From: Paraphysomonas bandaiensis
Taxonomy: Eukaryota > Protista > Chrysophyceae
Length of the DNA: 64,000 bases
NCBI GenBank assembly: GCA_965644295.1
Contig: CBFFRP010000148.1
Span: 81,342-145,341, forward strand
Direction: 5' to 3'
Part shown: piece by piece, positions 12,974 through 27,964 of the stretch
Layout: each line of letters opens with the position of its first letter
How positions within the stretch are numbered: the stretch's first letter is position 1
The notes under the pieces: model-generated
The model's database searches: none
What the model was told of the DNA's origin: nothing
What the model saw: the letters and a program-made list of their open reading frames with translations, nothing else
Made by a program: the position numbers and the translations under genes

Positions 12974-15900
12974 ATGGAGTCTTATTTACGTCATGGTGAT
13001 ATTATCTTACTGGAATCGGAGCGGAATTGCTTCCTATCCGTTGATCCGATATCTAAGTTGGCTATATGGGAGCTGTCTCCTGATAGGGAGAATCCTCCGG
13101 CCAATACTGAAAACTGTATCTGGCGTATCGTTCCACGACTGTCGTATGTTGACCAAGAAATGTATCATACTACCCTAGAGACAGCAAAGGCTCCTGCCGA
13201 TGTAGCGAGGGATATAGAGCATCAGGCTCTACAGGAGAAGGGAAGGAACGAACAAGACATCAAATCTATAAAAAGCGATATTCTTTATGGAAATGTGGTG
13301 CAGCTGCAACATGTTTCCTCTGGGTTGTTTCTATCGTGTATGCGAACTCCCTCAGTGCATGATCCTGATTGTTTTCGGATGTGCGTTGCCGAAGGTTCAG
13401 CCGCAGCCTACCTCAAAGTTTCTCCTATGTACAAAATTCGTACCGGTGTGTTATGCTTATGGTTGTATATATTGATACTCACACACAGTGCGCAGACGGT
13501 GGACACGTTATCCTTGAAGATGATGTGATTTTCTCCTCGCTTTCGATACTGCAGCACTTCGTGTCGAAGTCACGACGCTGTCGCCCCCTCATGTCGTCAC
13601 ATGGCCTTTTGTACGATGAGTGTAACCTCTCGCGAGACCGGAATTTTACGAAAATTTCCGTTCGACTTTATTCCCGTGTTGAACCTTACAGTTGTCAATA
13701 TCTGACTGCTACACAGGGTGTCCGTTTGTTTCATTCTGAAACGAATTCTTTCCTGCAGGCTTCCTGTGACCTCAGGGATGACGTCTTGACCTATGACGAA
13801 ACCTGCGGAGCTTATCTGGAGACTATTGACCCCGACGTGCCTTTTGCTCACCATCCTAATGCCTTAAAGGCGGCCTCGTTGTGGGCATTTGAAACTACTG
13901 ACAGACTATCACGTGATTATATAGAATGGAGAAAACAATATCGTATAAAACATATTCCAACCAACCGGTTTCTTACTGTCTTATCGTCTAGTGCAAAAGA
14001 CGGTGGAAGTAACTACATCCTTTCGCTTAGAAAGGAGGAAGCGCAAATTACGAGCAACAGCCAAATGTTCACCATTCTTCCTGTGGAGCTGTCAGACGGT
14101 TATGTGGAGAGTAGCGACGTAATGATACAGCTTGAGAATACTGCTCCCGACGGAACGAAACTTTATGTCCGCAAGCCTGATTCGAAAGAGTCGCGATCTA
14201 TTTTGTTTCTAGGTGATTATATTTTGTATTGGTCGATTGTATTTGACTTTTTGGTTATGTGGATTAATATTCGTGCAGATGAAACGAGGGATAGCTATGA
14301 CTCATTCATGCTTATGGAAGTAAAGCGCGATGTCGTCAACCTTGTGCAGCGCAACCACACGTACTGGAGCGTTGCCCAAATGTATTGCCAAAACTTTGTT
14401 ACGGATCGCCCTAAGAATGCGATTGAAATTGTCCAAGAGGCTTACGTGAAGGAGAGGAAAGGGCTACATAGAGGTATGGCTGATGATTCCACACTACTCG
14501 AACTTTAAATTATGACCTCAATCTTTGGATTGCATCTTAAAATATGATGTGTAGGAAGCTCAATGCGAATGCGGTCATCTAGCATTGGTACTGGTCGCTC
14601 CATGCCGAGTAGGTCCATGTCTATTGGTGACAACTCTGTCACGGAAGACGATGGCGGCATGGATTTCGACGGTTATTTTGCAGTGGAGATGTCGGATAAG
14701 GAGAAAAAAGAAATTTTGCTTGAGACAACGTTTATGATGTTAAAAGAAATTCTGTTCGATGTAATTGTTGGTATGTATTGCTATCTCTTACCAGAGCATA
14801 GATACCCTCATATCCTTTGATTAAGAGTTGTCGTTCTTTCTCAGGTGATCAAGATGACACTACGGATCCTTTTAGTCTGGAGGGTAACTGTGATGAGGTT
14901 CTACAAAACTGTGCTCGTGAACAGTTCATGATGGAGGCGCTGCTTACTGTTGTTGTCTGTCCAGTCGTGTCTGGTCATATATTACAGGAAGATAGCAATG
15001 GCCAAGGTATTCTATGACTCTTTCTATAAACCTTTAATGAGTTATATACAGTGGGCAGTCTTGGAACGAAAGAGCCAATTACATTTAAAAGTGTGCACAT
15101 GCTGGCGTGGAACACTCTTAAACATCTATATAAGAACAACTGCAAATCGGAGTTGTATTTTGTGGATGAAATCAATAAGGAATCACTGATAGTCAAGGAA
15201 GTCATTACAGTTCTGGATTCATATGTAAAAAAGAAGAGTGATGAAAAGAAAGAACTTAAGGGAGAGTTACTCAGACAAGTGGACATGTCTAAAGAGGAAG
15301 ATAACAGCGCTGCAATGAGTTTTGCAATGGCTCGTGTCATGAACCAAATCCCATTACGATTAGGGGCGGCTTACGCATTTACCACCCTAATCAGCAATAA
15401 CCGAAAACTGCTAATGAATTTTGTGAAACCCCAGCGCATGCGTTTTTTTAAGGAGTTGATTTCTGAGTGGGGTCCAGATAGACGCTTCCTCGAAGTTTTT
15501 CGCGCTATCTGCAGTTGCAAAGGGCAGGCCCTGCAAGTGAATCAAGAGCAGTGTTTAGACCTTATTCTCAGCAGCAAAGAAGACCCATTTGTTATCGATG
15601 TTGTGACTAAGGAAGTTTTTGACCCAAGAAACAACCCACTGTTGGTCAGCAAGCTTGTGGATAGCACCAAGGACGTAGATGAAAAAACTACTAGGAATGT
15701 CATGCAGGCCACCGCAGGCGCTGCTTCTGAAGAGTTATATCTAGGAATGGACGCTGTTGACACAGGTTTCCCGAAGTTGTATGTAAAGTGGACATCGTCG
15801 GATAATTGGAAAAGTGGCATGCCTGTGCTATACTACAGCCCTGAAGCTTTGAAACTGCAAGACGTGAAATCACAATCCGATGGGAGTATACTTGTGCCTA

Positions 15901-18900
15901 TTGAGGCCTTGTCATTCCCATTGACACTGAAAGAGCGAAACATGAAATCTCTTGAAGACGATGAAGAAAACACCGAGTTCAAGCGGAGTGTCTGCGAATT
16001 TTATCGTATCGACTACGAACACCACATAAAAGAAGCATGGGCTGCATTTAGCAGGCACAAAGTGATCAGCGAGTACTTCAGGGAGCAGATTCGCGTGTAT
16101 GCGGAGATGTGCTTGGATCGTTGCCACAGGACAACTGTCGAATTGTCCAAGCTATTTTCTTTCAATATGATTTTCAGTGGGATGGCCAACACGGCACTTT
16201 GCTACGGATATCGAGGGGCATTTACGTCTTTGCTACGAACCCTAATTGTAGACCAGTTTCCCCATCTGGAAAACTGTGGTAGCTACAGACTACCTCATAG
16301 CGTGAACATATATGACCGCATTCTTCGTAAGATTGATAGAGATGACTGCGATGATTCTCTCCCCAAGTTTTCAATTCCTCCTGCTTATGTGTGTGCTGGG
16401 AAGATGGATCGATATAACACACCCAAAAAGCTCGAGCTAATATTGGTCTACTGCAATGCATACCTGTCTAATATTCATGGGGAACAATGCTGTGCGCCCA
16501 CTTTCAAGGATAAGAACTACTGCACTCTCACTGTTCTTGATATGATTGATAGCCTCCTGTCGTTTGGGTTTTATGACTCGAGAAAGGTTTGGCGTAGAAT
16601 TATAGGCCGGCTATGTTTGATATTCTTGCACAGGAAATTAAAGCTGTGGTTGGTCCTATGATGTTACTATTAGATGGAAGATTAATGACAGAAACGCCTA
16701 ATGAAAAGCCAGGTTAAATGAGGCACTTGTGCGACGATCGTGCTTTATTATGTGTCAGGTGTGGGTTCGCTGGATTATGCTAAGATGTCCGTTAGTATCC
16801 GAGCTGAGAAGCGATATACAATTCAAGAGAGCGCTGCCGAGATTATCAGTGCTAAATTTTCTATTTTACGAATTCTTCGCTACATCAAGAACATTCGTGG
16901 TCAATATAGACTGGACAGATTTTTGAAGATATTTGCCAGAGTGTATTCTGACAGGCGAAAGCCCTTTACTTCTGCTATTGGCCCGATTTTAGCAACACTA
17001 GCGGATGACAGTTTGAGCATTTCTACGGTACACTTTTAATATTGTAACAGCTAGTTTAAGTTTTGCCTGCAGTTGGCCGATATGGATCACACTGACGCGA
17101 TATTTGTTGACCTCATGATGTATGAAGATGAAGATTTATTCGAAAAAGTTCTTACATGCTTGATTGAAGAACACGAAATCACGAAATCCCTAATTGAAAA
17201 CTGCAAGCACGTTTACATGCTTTACGATGAGAAGTTAGATGAACCGATGAACAGTTACGACGAACTAGTTGGTGATCTATGGTACCTGCGCCAACTATTC
17301 GAGAAGCCTAATGTATGGGCTGGGGGCGGTGTGTATGATTTTGACCCACTGAAGTTCAGGGATGCTTCTAATATTCTCGTTCGTCTTCGAAAATATTTGT
17401 ACAAAGGCGATAAAACTTATCAAGATCAGGACCCAACAACAAGACTTCCTGATGGGTCAAAAGCTTTACAGGAGTTTATGTTTTCTATGAATGTACATAA
17501 TATTTTGGTTGAGTGTCTAAATTGGATAGCTGATAAGAGTCATAGTGACCCCAACGACGAGCCCATATTCTCGTGGGAACAGTTGGAAAACGCAGATAAG
17601 GTCTCCCCGGATCAAATAGTTTGCGGATCTCTCATGCTACTTTGCGATTTAGTCTGTGACAAAAGCCGTCCGTACTTTTCGAAAATATTCACGATACCGT
17701 TTATTAAGAGACACTCTGAAAAAATGTATTTGCGCAAGTATATTTATGAAATTGTGGTGGAAATACACCGTGGCTCTGTGGTAAATGTTCTTTCAGTGCC
17801 GTCAGATGTGATGGAGCTCTTTGCGTCACTACTGCTTGATCCTGGAGAGCACCGGAACGTTGCCATGAGATTTTTTGAAGAGATATTATATCCCGACGAG
17901 TACGATGAGACGCCTGTATCGAAGAATCAAGCTGCTGTGTGCGAGATACTTCTTGCCAACAAAGAAACATTTGCTATTGACCAAAGTGATGTTAATAAGC
18001 CGATCAGCGAGAAAGTCGGTCTATATATATCCTATCTCAACTTATTGAGTGCTTGCTGTAAAGACAACAGCCACAACCGAGACATGACTCGATTCATGTT
18101 TCCGTGGTATACTGTTCTTGACCGTATTGAGGATGTTGTGCATGCAGTATGCAATGCCACATGCCCTACTGAGAATTTGTTTTTACACGTTGCATTGCTA
18201 GATGCCTATGTGGACATCTTTTGTGTTATTTCATTGAATCCCTTATCAAATAACGAAGAAGTAGTCAATAGCAAGCGATTGTTGCACTTTACTCAGTACT
18301 TATTGGCCCTTATCCATGACCAAATAGTCTCTGGTGGAAACTTCACACTGTTTGTGGAACCAATCATTCGCTTGACGAGAAGTTACCTTGCGGTGACTAA
18401 AACTGTCGACAAGTTCGTGGATAATGCAGTGAAGAACATATGCTACCGCATTGTCGAATCCCGTGATAACGCTATTTGGAGTACGACCAAGGTTTTATGC
18501 ATGTGTATATGCGACGAAAAGGGATTGGGTGTGAGCAAAGATAATTTCAAGACATCATGCTTGAACTCGCCAGTGGCACCTAGTCGCGTGGCCGCCTGTT
18601 CTCACGACAAGAAGTCAACCCGCAAACGTCTGGTGTGCGTTTACGATTTGAAGAAAATAGCGAAACTCGGATTTGAATGTGCGAAACCTTCTCCAAGTCA
18701 GAAGGTTTCAATATTTGTTGACAGCATGGATAAACGTGACATCATGCTTCCTTCATTAGTGGACCAACCCTCTATAGAAATCAATAAAGACAAAAAGATC
18801 AAGCAATTTCAAATTTTCATTGACAAGTACGTTATACCTGACGGGGCACAAAATGATGCGGGAAGCCGTGAACGTTTTGACGATCTAGAAAGACGCGACC

Positions 18901-21900
18901 TAGCTGGTAATTGTGTACCCACTATTGTTTTAGATCTGCTGTTGTAGCACTGACTTCTATGTTGTGATAACGTTTTATGGAAGGGCTGCGTATGGTCACA
19001 AGTGCAGTTTCTGGTGGCATTGGGGTTGTAAGTGGTGGGTTAGCTGGGGCAATGAGTGGCGGTTAGTACCAGAAGACTTATTTTCTATTGGCTAACTCAT
19101 TGTTGTTTTGTCTACAGTGTCTGCTGTTGCGGGGGCTGCAGGGGGTGTTCTCTCTCATGTCGAGATGGAGATGGGAAGTATTTTGGGGGCAAAAACTTCT
19201 CGCAGTTGTAGCGAGGCGAAGAAAGATGAGCAACTACAAAGAAGCTTCAAAGATTTCGTCAAGAATGTGACGAACAATGAACAGATTAAAAAAGAATTGG
19301 TCAAAGAGAAATTGAGTGTGATCGAGATATTGATGAATGCTCACAAACTGACGGACCCGAGGGATACTGAGTATCAGAAAACCTTCGAAGATAGAGTGCA
19401 AATAGTCGAGGAAGCAACGACAACTGATGAACTTCGCCGAAGGGGAATCAGGCGGAAGTCTATTGCAAACGCAATTGTTTCTGGTTTCGATGGCCTGGCG
19501 GGCACATTAAATTTTTCTTCTCAATCTCGAAGAGGTTAGTACTTCAGATACGTCAGCGAACAATAACGTTTGTGATATTTTGTAGTGGTTGAAGTACGAC
19601 GCAATGTGATTCATTGGAACGATATTGTTCGTCGAATGATTCGACATATTGATCACAAAAATGATCGCGGTGAAGCTAATAGTGAAAGCAGTGTGTGCAA
19701 CAATATCATTTACCTCCTGAATCTATTTTTGGAAGAGGAGAATGATGGTGAAGTGTGATATTTGGTAAAATGCTTGTCGTGATTATGTTTTAGAGAGTGA
19801 GGGGTTTTCAACATTAGAGAATCGGCAAAATAACCTCAACAGCCTGGGCATAATGAGGTTGGGATATCGATTAGTTAAGTCTACTATAAAGGGGTGCGTT
19901 GGATTTCTAACTTATCAATGATTGTCTCATTGTATATCTACAGACCCATTTATGCAAACGCATTAAAGTTGATGACTGCAATGTTTAAGAAAGGTTGAAT
20001 TTGTTAATCATATTGGAGTTGTTCTAACAATTTGTGTGAAGGCAATACCCACAGTCAGCTAGCGATTCTCGACTACATGCACAGTGCAGATTCAAATGAC
20101 AGTGATGGACAATTTTTCAAGAATATTTATAACTCTCTTGACCAGGCATCTGCGTGGTAGACAGTTTGAGCATGAGCCAATTTTATACTGATGGTATATT
20201 ATGCTATAGGGCGCGCAAGCGACAGCTTTTTCAGTCGTCTCTCACTCTTGAATCCGGGTAAATGGTGACTCAAGTAGTTACAATGGTGTAATTTTATTTT
20301 TTTAGTGAACAACGATTAAGTGCGTCTGATAAGGAGGAAATAAAGGAGATATCTGCGGTGCTGACTTTTTTGCAAGGCTTTTGTGAGGGTCATAATATTG
20401 CTGCCCAAGACTGTCTACGAAAGCAGGTATTTCCGTAGAGATAATGTAGTTTGTATCAGACTAATGTGCTGCATATAGCCGTTCAACCGACGCAATTATA
20501 ATATTATTGCTGCTGCGAATGATCTTCTTGAAGCTTTAGTCCCTCGTCGCGATATATACGAGTCGATCGGAAATCGGCAGTTCACAGTGCTAGGTTTACT
20601 TCTTGATTTTCTCATCGAGTGCATTCAAGGTAGATGTGTAGTGTTAATATTGATTACCACTTGAATTCGGCTTCTACAGGACCGTGCCGCGCAAACCAGG
20701 ACCTGTGTGCACAAAAAAAAACTCTGGAAGTGTGCAAGCAGATTTTATCAGCCAGAAATCTACCTTTCATCCCAAAGCAACAAAAACTGAGTTGTAAAAT
20801 TAAGGCTATTACTCTTCTGGCTGCTCTTTTGGAGTGTCGTTTCGACGATGCCATCGAGAAAATGATGATTGTCAAGGTTGAGCTTTACGTTTTAGATGCA
20901 TTTGGCGTAGAGCTTCGCGAAGAATTTTCCCGACTCTCAGCACTACAAGACAAGAAGCATCACATAGAGACTTCTAATTCATTCCCGCTGCTAAAAATGA
21001 TAGGACATTATCGAGATTTGGATCAAGAGATGGCCGAGCTGGAAAATGCATCTATTGCTGATCAGGCGATGGGTCCAGCAATCGAAGAAGATGAGGAAGA
21101 GGATGAAGACGATGATCTGGCAGATTACAAGTCTGTTGCTACTGCTGTGACTCACTATAGTCCTATAGAACATGTGGAGACAGAAATAGCTGATATTAAG
21201 TTTGCCATTATGAATTTGAGTAGGGTAAACTAGTGTTAATGAGTGTATTCGTACTGCAATAATCGTAAAACAGGTGACTAAAAAGCTGGAGTTGGTTACA
21301 TCGCAGCAATCTGTGACTACTTTTAAAACTTCGGACAAGTTTAAGGATGATATTGAGGAGAGCAAAAAGACTTTTAAATCTATGATGTGTGAGGTAGATA
21401 TCTCATGGAATGGAAAGGTTAGCAGCGTGTAGTGGAATCGTGTGTGTCAACTCTGTTGCACAGGTTGAACGTGTCATATTTCCTCTTCCTCGAGAAGCAA
21501 CGCATTTGTCGGAAACCACCAAGAATGAGTTCATGAATAACTGTGATTTGACTAATCGAGAAGGTCGTTTGAAAGAGCTCATGGACAAGGCTCCAGAGTT
21601 TTATGATGAGATGCGAGTGTATAACTACCTTTCTCACGGGCCGTTATACGGGTGGCTGCTTGACAATTACTTTTACTTCAAAATGTTTACGTTGGTATTG
21701 GTGTCTCTCTTGGTTTTGAGTATTTTATTTGGCCACACAAGTCAGTCTCCCAGACTAGGTGAATATCGAAATGAGGGTTCCAAAGACTTCATAATTGTAT
21801 TTGTGTTGTTGTCGTGCATATGCTATTTTATTTTGTTTCTGTACTGGTTTGTGCCACGCATTGCAATGAGTGCCTATAGGCTGCGTGTGGAAGGACCCAT

Positions 21901-23208
21901 GGAGTATGATAAAAGCAGCAACCCCAAGAATCGTAGGCGTAGAATTCTTGCAAATTATAATTGGGGAACGCTCCTGCTGCCCTTTGTCGCATTTCCGTTT
22001 CTGCTTGTAGTCTACGCTACTCACTACACGGGCTATTTGGGTAACGGTGAAATGGATTCGTCTTATCTGATTGAGAAGTATATCATAATTACCTGTGTCT
22101 TATATGGATTTTGGCTGCCGTTTGCTGTTCGAAAGGCTATATCAGCTCCAAACAATTTCATCGAGAAAATGTTTTGTATTGTTCTAGATACTCTTGTGGA
22201 CTGGTCTATAATCGAACACCTCGGTTGCTTTCTCCTGTTGATATTGGGTTACAAGTATGTATATTTTTACTGTTTGGTTCTTCTTGATTGGATATCACTC
22301 TCCGAGCACATGAAAAATGTTGTACGCAGTGTAATTCGTCCGGCGAAGTCGTTATGTAGCGTGTTCGCCCTTTTCATATTTGTGATTTTGATATTCTCGA
22401 TGATTGGCTTCTTTATTTTTAACGAGTCGTACAAGATATCGGAGGAAGAATTGGAAGCGACAGGTACTGGAGGCGTTGAAAATAATCCTGCTCAGTACTG
22501 TTCTTCGCCAATGTCTTGTGTTTGGACTGTTGCCTATGGGGCAGTGCGAGCGGGAGATGTTGCAGAAATTATGGATGCTATTTCTCCCGATCAAGGGTCT
22601 CATTATTACGCTCGACTGCTTTTCGACATGGCATTCTTTGTGATTCTTGGCGTTCTGCTATTTGACATGGTCACTGGAATTATCGTGGATACTTTTGTTT
22701 CACTAAGAGAAGAAACGTGTAAGAATGAGAATGTAATCCACAACGAAGTATTTATATCAGGTACGACTGTAAGTTGTTTTAATTTTGTAAATTCACTGCT
22801 GCAGTTTTACAATATGTTCACTTGTTTTTGCTACTATAGGCATCACCAGAGATATGTGTGCCGATAAAGGTGTCAGTTTCGAAAAACACCAAGATATTCA
22901 TCAACACACTTGGAACTACATTTACTTTTACGGTCAGTACAATATATAATTAAAATAATGTAACTGATGTACTCTTTTGTGCAGCCTACCTTCGTGAGGC
23001 GGATAGAACGGTTCTAGATGGCGCTGAGCAATATGCTTTGGATCTAATGGAAAGTGGAGATATATCATGGTTTCCCCGACGGACCAGTTCTCTGTTCCAA
23101 GGACGTGCAGATGAAGAAGTGGAAGAAGTTAAGCTCTCAGACCTATCGCAGCGTCTCTCTAATATGGAGACAACAATAGCCGAACTAGTTGCCAAATTGA
23201 ACAAGTAA
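12974..23208 (+). CDS. ITPR: Inositol 1,4,5-trisphosphate receptor-like Ca2+ release channel (multi-exon)
   Basis: Beta-trefoil/MIR motifs (LRHGDIILL, ILYGNVVQLQHVSSGLFL, YRIKHIPTNRFL), an RIH region (FLEVFRAICSCKG…NQE), RIH-associated motifs (FLQGFCEGHN…QDCLRKQ, LIECIQGPCRANQ), a multi-TM region, GIIVDTFVSLREE, HQHTWNYIYF and ISWFP; stop TAA at 23206-23208. Confidence 0.88.
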
Positions 23209-25764
23209 ATTTTGTGACGCAGTAGTTGTGACGTCAAAACTACGACTGGCATTTACATCGCAATATATGAAACAGGCAGTTGGTTTGGTCGAATTAAGTA
23301 TTAATTAGCCTTGTGCTTATCGTTTTTCACCTCACTTACTTCGTTCCAGTAAGAGGTGATAATAGTTAATAGGTAATACGTCATCATAGTTCCATATTTG
23401 AACACACATCAAATGACATGGAATCATTATGAACTGATAGCCCGACGGCGTAGTAGATTTATACATGAAACACGAAAGTTATTATTAGTATATAGCTACT
23501 ATATATGGTGGAGTGTGCTAACCATAACAAAAACTTAAGCGTGAACTAAAAAATAGGAAGTCATATGCAAGTTTATCTTCGTTTTGTTTCAAGAATGCAT
23601 TTTTTTAACCTGACTAGGGTTCAACAGAATGCTCATATGACATATTAGCACAGGGCCAATATAGACATTCAACTTCAATATTCGGTTTGAACAGAAGTTA
23701 TCTTCTATTTTAGATATGACATAGAAAGTCATTTATATCGAATTCACTATATATATTTTATAGTGGTAAACTTTCACTCAATGCTGTAAATTATCATCAC
23801 CAGTTAAATTTTTTATTTTATCTCTACAACCACTCATTCTCGTACGATCTTACAACCTCACTATCCTGCATCACCACTATATTTCCGTGTTAGTACTGCT
23901 GTATACTCATCGTGGTCATGATATTAATTCTCATAATATAGTTAACCACTACTAGAATTTTTGCTCTTTGATCGAAAATACAGTCCAACAAAAAGTTACA
24001 CCTTTTTAGCATACACCCCACCCCATGCCTCTGTTGAGGCCGTGGCTGTGTTACCTCACCTGATCCAGCCTCAAATTGGCTCCATTCCCCCGGACTCAGC
24101 TGCTGTTTGTACCACACCACCTATCAGGCAAGTCTCTAGTCAAATCCTGTTGTACACGTTACACTAACCCATTCTTGGTATTCCCAGGCCTACTAACTCT
24201 ATCTGATACAGTTTTATCACGCGTCCGCACCTCTTCAGTTCTGTTTCTCTTTTAATCTCCCACCTCGGTTGGAATCTCTTATTGTTAACTCAATTGCTCT
24301 TGCTACATACCCTCCTACCACCTCATTCGAAACAGGTATGTACTGTCCATGAACCTGGACCTCAATCTCTACCTCCTGTTCCCTACCAATCCCCACGGGT
24401 CCTAAAAGTGCTCCAGTTAAGGGTCACGGCCTTTATTCGGACTAGGAACTATGTTTACATCCACACAAGCCCTCTATCAACGGACTTATTCCATTCATAC
24501 CACTTCATACACGACTCTCCACCTACGTATCAAGCTATCAAGCTCATTAAGGTCATGAAAACAAAAATGAGTACCTGACCAATCAGCATTGAGAATAGGG
24601 AAAGCATTGGATGAGTGTTCGCTCCCAGTATTTATACAGTGTAGGGTACAGTATACTGATAGTGTATACCTACCAGTATGTGTTCTTTTCAGTTTAGTAC
24701 TTGAAGTGACTGTATAAGATATGCATAGGGATATAGAGGTGTATGGTGTTATATTATGCAGTGTGCTTTGTACGGCTGTAGACTAGAAGCATAATCTAAG
24801 ACCCAACGAGTTCTGTTCGTAGTAACTGCAAAGAGAATCTGCTTTTTGGCTACCTGAAGTGTAGACTGTGTAAAAGCAACGGGTATTCCGTCCGTTTATT
24901 GATCTGTAGCATCCGTTAACGAGTTTGTGCATACACTAGAGGAATACTGCAAATACATCACATACATTGTATACTTGCTGAGAGGAGGGACTCAACTGCC
25001 ATCTTAATGTGAGCAGCACACATACCGAACATACTTATAAGCAAGTAGATTATCGTGAAAATTGAACCATATGTCCAGAGATGCAATACCATTATACTCG
25101 CTAAAGACCACTGCTTCCTCAATTGCCGATATAGAGTACGAGGCGATATAGTATATTGACTGTGCAGCATCAGTACGAGGGTCCACACAGTGTGATGATC
25201 AAATGGAAGGTACCGTAAAATCATGTAATCAGTACGTACAGTCATGACAGGTGATATATAGGTCCTTCTTCCAGACAGAGGCGGTCTATGGCAACCCTTA
25301 GTCACCATTAATAGAATAACGGTAGAGAAGCCATAGACACATCCATCTGACTGCAGGAAAAGCACGTATACACTGTTTACGTACTATAGGTGGCTACAGT
25401 AGCTACATATGTGCATTTACAGGCCACTGGTTAAATATAGAGCCATGTACACATATATGTCATATATTAGGGTAAGGATACAACATATATATATATTATG
25501 TAGTAGGGTCACAACCTACACATATATGTGTGGGTGAAGGAAAGAAATTAGGTTAGTATACATGCATGTATACATGTATACATCCGAACTGCAATAATAA
25601 TAACTCTTCAATAGAATTATATACCACAGCCCAGTGCAAACATTGTACTCATGGTCGGTATACACATATTATAGGTAGCATGTAGTAGAGCATATAAAAT
25701 GGAAGGTAGTGTAGAGGCACTATCATACATAATCATTGCTCATATAAACCTGCTTTAAATCTGC

Positions 25765-26947
25765 ACAGGTTTACACTGGTACTTGCGATTGCATTTATTA
25801 TGCGTATGCATGTGCGCCAGTTAGATGTATCATCAGCATTCTGCTATGCTGAGCTGGAGGAGGATGTTGATATGACACCTCCACCGGATGAAGAATTGCC
25901 AGCAGGGTGGTGTTTTCAATTGAAAAAGGCATTATGGATTGAGGTCTTCACCAAGGCAGTGGAACAAACATATAGAGGCGACAACTAGTATATTTTGGGC
26001 CAATGTAAATATGAAAGGAATATTATTAAGAAATTTAGCTCAGTTATGGGAAAGAGTAGTAAGAACAAACAGGCTCCACTACCTACTAGTGTTCAGGATT
26101 TGTTGACAGACTCTCGAAGGAGCAGACGCAGTGGGTCGAATCATTCCGAATCATTGAAGCGGTGTTGCATCTGGCAATACATACTAGACCTGATCTCACC
26201 TATGCAGTGAGGTTATTAGCTCGGTTTAGTAGTTGGCCGACATATGTATGCACCTTGCAGATTAGCTATTCATCTGTTGAAATATTTTCGTGGTACAGTT
26301 GATAAGGGCATCAGATTCAATAGGAGTGAGTTCGATTTACATGTGTTCAGTGACTCAGACTGGGGTGGTGATAGGATGACTCCGCGGTCCACAACGGGAT
26401 GCATCGTGTTTTTATGTGCGGGCGCATTGGCCTGACAGTCCAATCTTCAGACCACAGTTGCGACTTCAAGCATGGAATCTGAGTATATGGCGGAATATGC
26501 GGCTATGAAAGAACAGGTGTGGCTTCGGGGATGTTCAAGGAATAGCGAAGCCGACTCCATTCTCTATGAACAACATGAGTGCAAAGGATCTCTCAGAGAA
26601 TCCTGTGTATCATAAGAGGTCGAAGCATATTGACATCGAGTATCACTGGGTGAGAGAGCATGTTAACGGAAAATTTCCTACAGCAAACTTGACTCGTGTG
26701 TCCACGGATGATATGGCAGCCGAGATTTTTACGAAGGCATCATCTCAAAGGAAACAACCCCGAAGATGTTAAAGGTGTGTTTTAGTGAGTGAAAATCCCA
26801 CATAACTGTATATCTAGTTGACTGCTAGTTATACATGTATCATTAAAAGATTTCACACTATAGTACCTATAAAACTAGGTAATCATAGCATAAATATTAC
26901 TGTGATTACTGTTGTTTCATATCACTGCATTCTACATTGAGTGGGAG
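25765..26947 (+). mobile_element. Ty1/Copia retrotransposon remnant (RT, RNase H, 3' UTR and polypurine tract), heavily deleted
   Basis: QLDVSSAF, LKKALYGL (frameshifted), TRPDLTYAV, FSDSDWGGD…RSTTG and NPVYHKRSKHIDIEYHWVRE; polypurine tract GAGTGGGAG at 26939-26947. Confidence 0.93.
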
Positions 26948-27240
26948 TATTAGAATATGGATTATATGCTAGTGTGTTCAGTGTGACACTTGAAGACAAT
27001 GTACGATAATACAGTAAAATATGGTCATGTACAAATGCCGTGATGATATTGACAAACTAAAATAGTTTGATCTTTCAAGATATGCTTAGTAACGAGAGGT
27101 TCACATACGTAGAACATTATGTGTGGAGCTAAATGAGTTTGTGTTGTTTGTCACATTTGGTGTAATTGATATTAATTGATCTATCTAGGCTAACAACAAA
27201 TTCTCTCTGAGATCTGGTTAAGAATGAGCAATTTCCAACA
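26948..27240 (+). mobile_element. Copia 3' LTR, 293 bp, TATT…AACA
   Basis: Starts right after the polypurine tract. Its end is fixed by the independent copy at 63501, whose homology begins exactly at TGTTGG. Confidence 0.85.
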
Positions 27241-27964
27241 TATAGTGTGTAACTACTCTGTGTTGTGTGGAATGTCAATTTACTAGCAATATGCATTAGA
27301 GAGCCTGAACCAGCTCAGTAGCTACATGAATACTAGTCAAGCTAGATATAATTAATTACCATAACACCACTAGTGCATACTCTAATAACTATACTTAACG
27401 CTACGAAAGTTGCTTGTGCGTCAACGCAAGCATTATAAGGTTTATAGGTGCAACTTAGGATTATAGGTAGCATTGTAATTTATTTGCAACAAGCAAGTGA
27501 TAAAAACTAGAAAAATAGTACCGTTTTATCAGAACTGCTGCGGTAGTTTAGAGTTTATTTAAGTGACTAGCACAGTAGATAAATTTTACTTTTCGTAACG
27601 CTATCGGCGAGCCCGCACTAAACTAGAATAAGTCATCAGAAATACTCACACCAGGGCTGCACATCTGCATATCAGTAAACTGCTAATTAATTACAGATCG
27701 TAATCAATTATGATTGCAAATTATTACTTGCTGTCCCATTGAGTTGCAATTAATTGAAAATTAATTAATTGATACACAGTCCTGATACACACTGTGTGTT
27801 CGATAGAAATCGCTGATTTTAATAAAAGTTCCTATGACACTAAAATTTAAAATTCAACTTACGCAGAGCCCATACTGAAGCAAAAGGCGTATTCTTGAGA
27901 TGAACGAGGCACAATATAAGAGATTTTGTACTCATGTACGACCACCACCTCAACACATACAAGA

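Noticed and set aside
23890-25400. Short ORFs that might be decayed retroelement sequence
   Set aside because: No diagnostic motif could be recognised.
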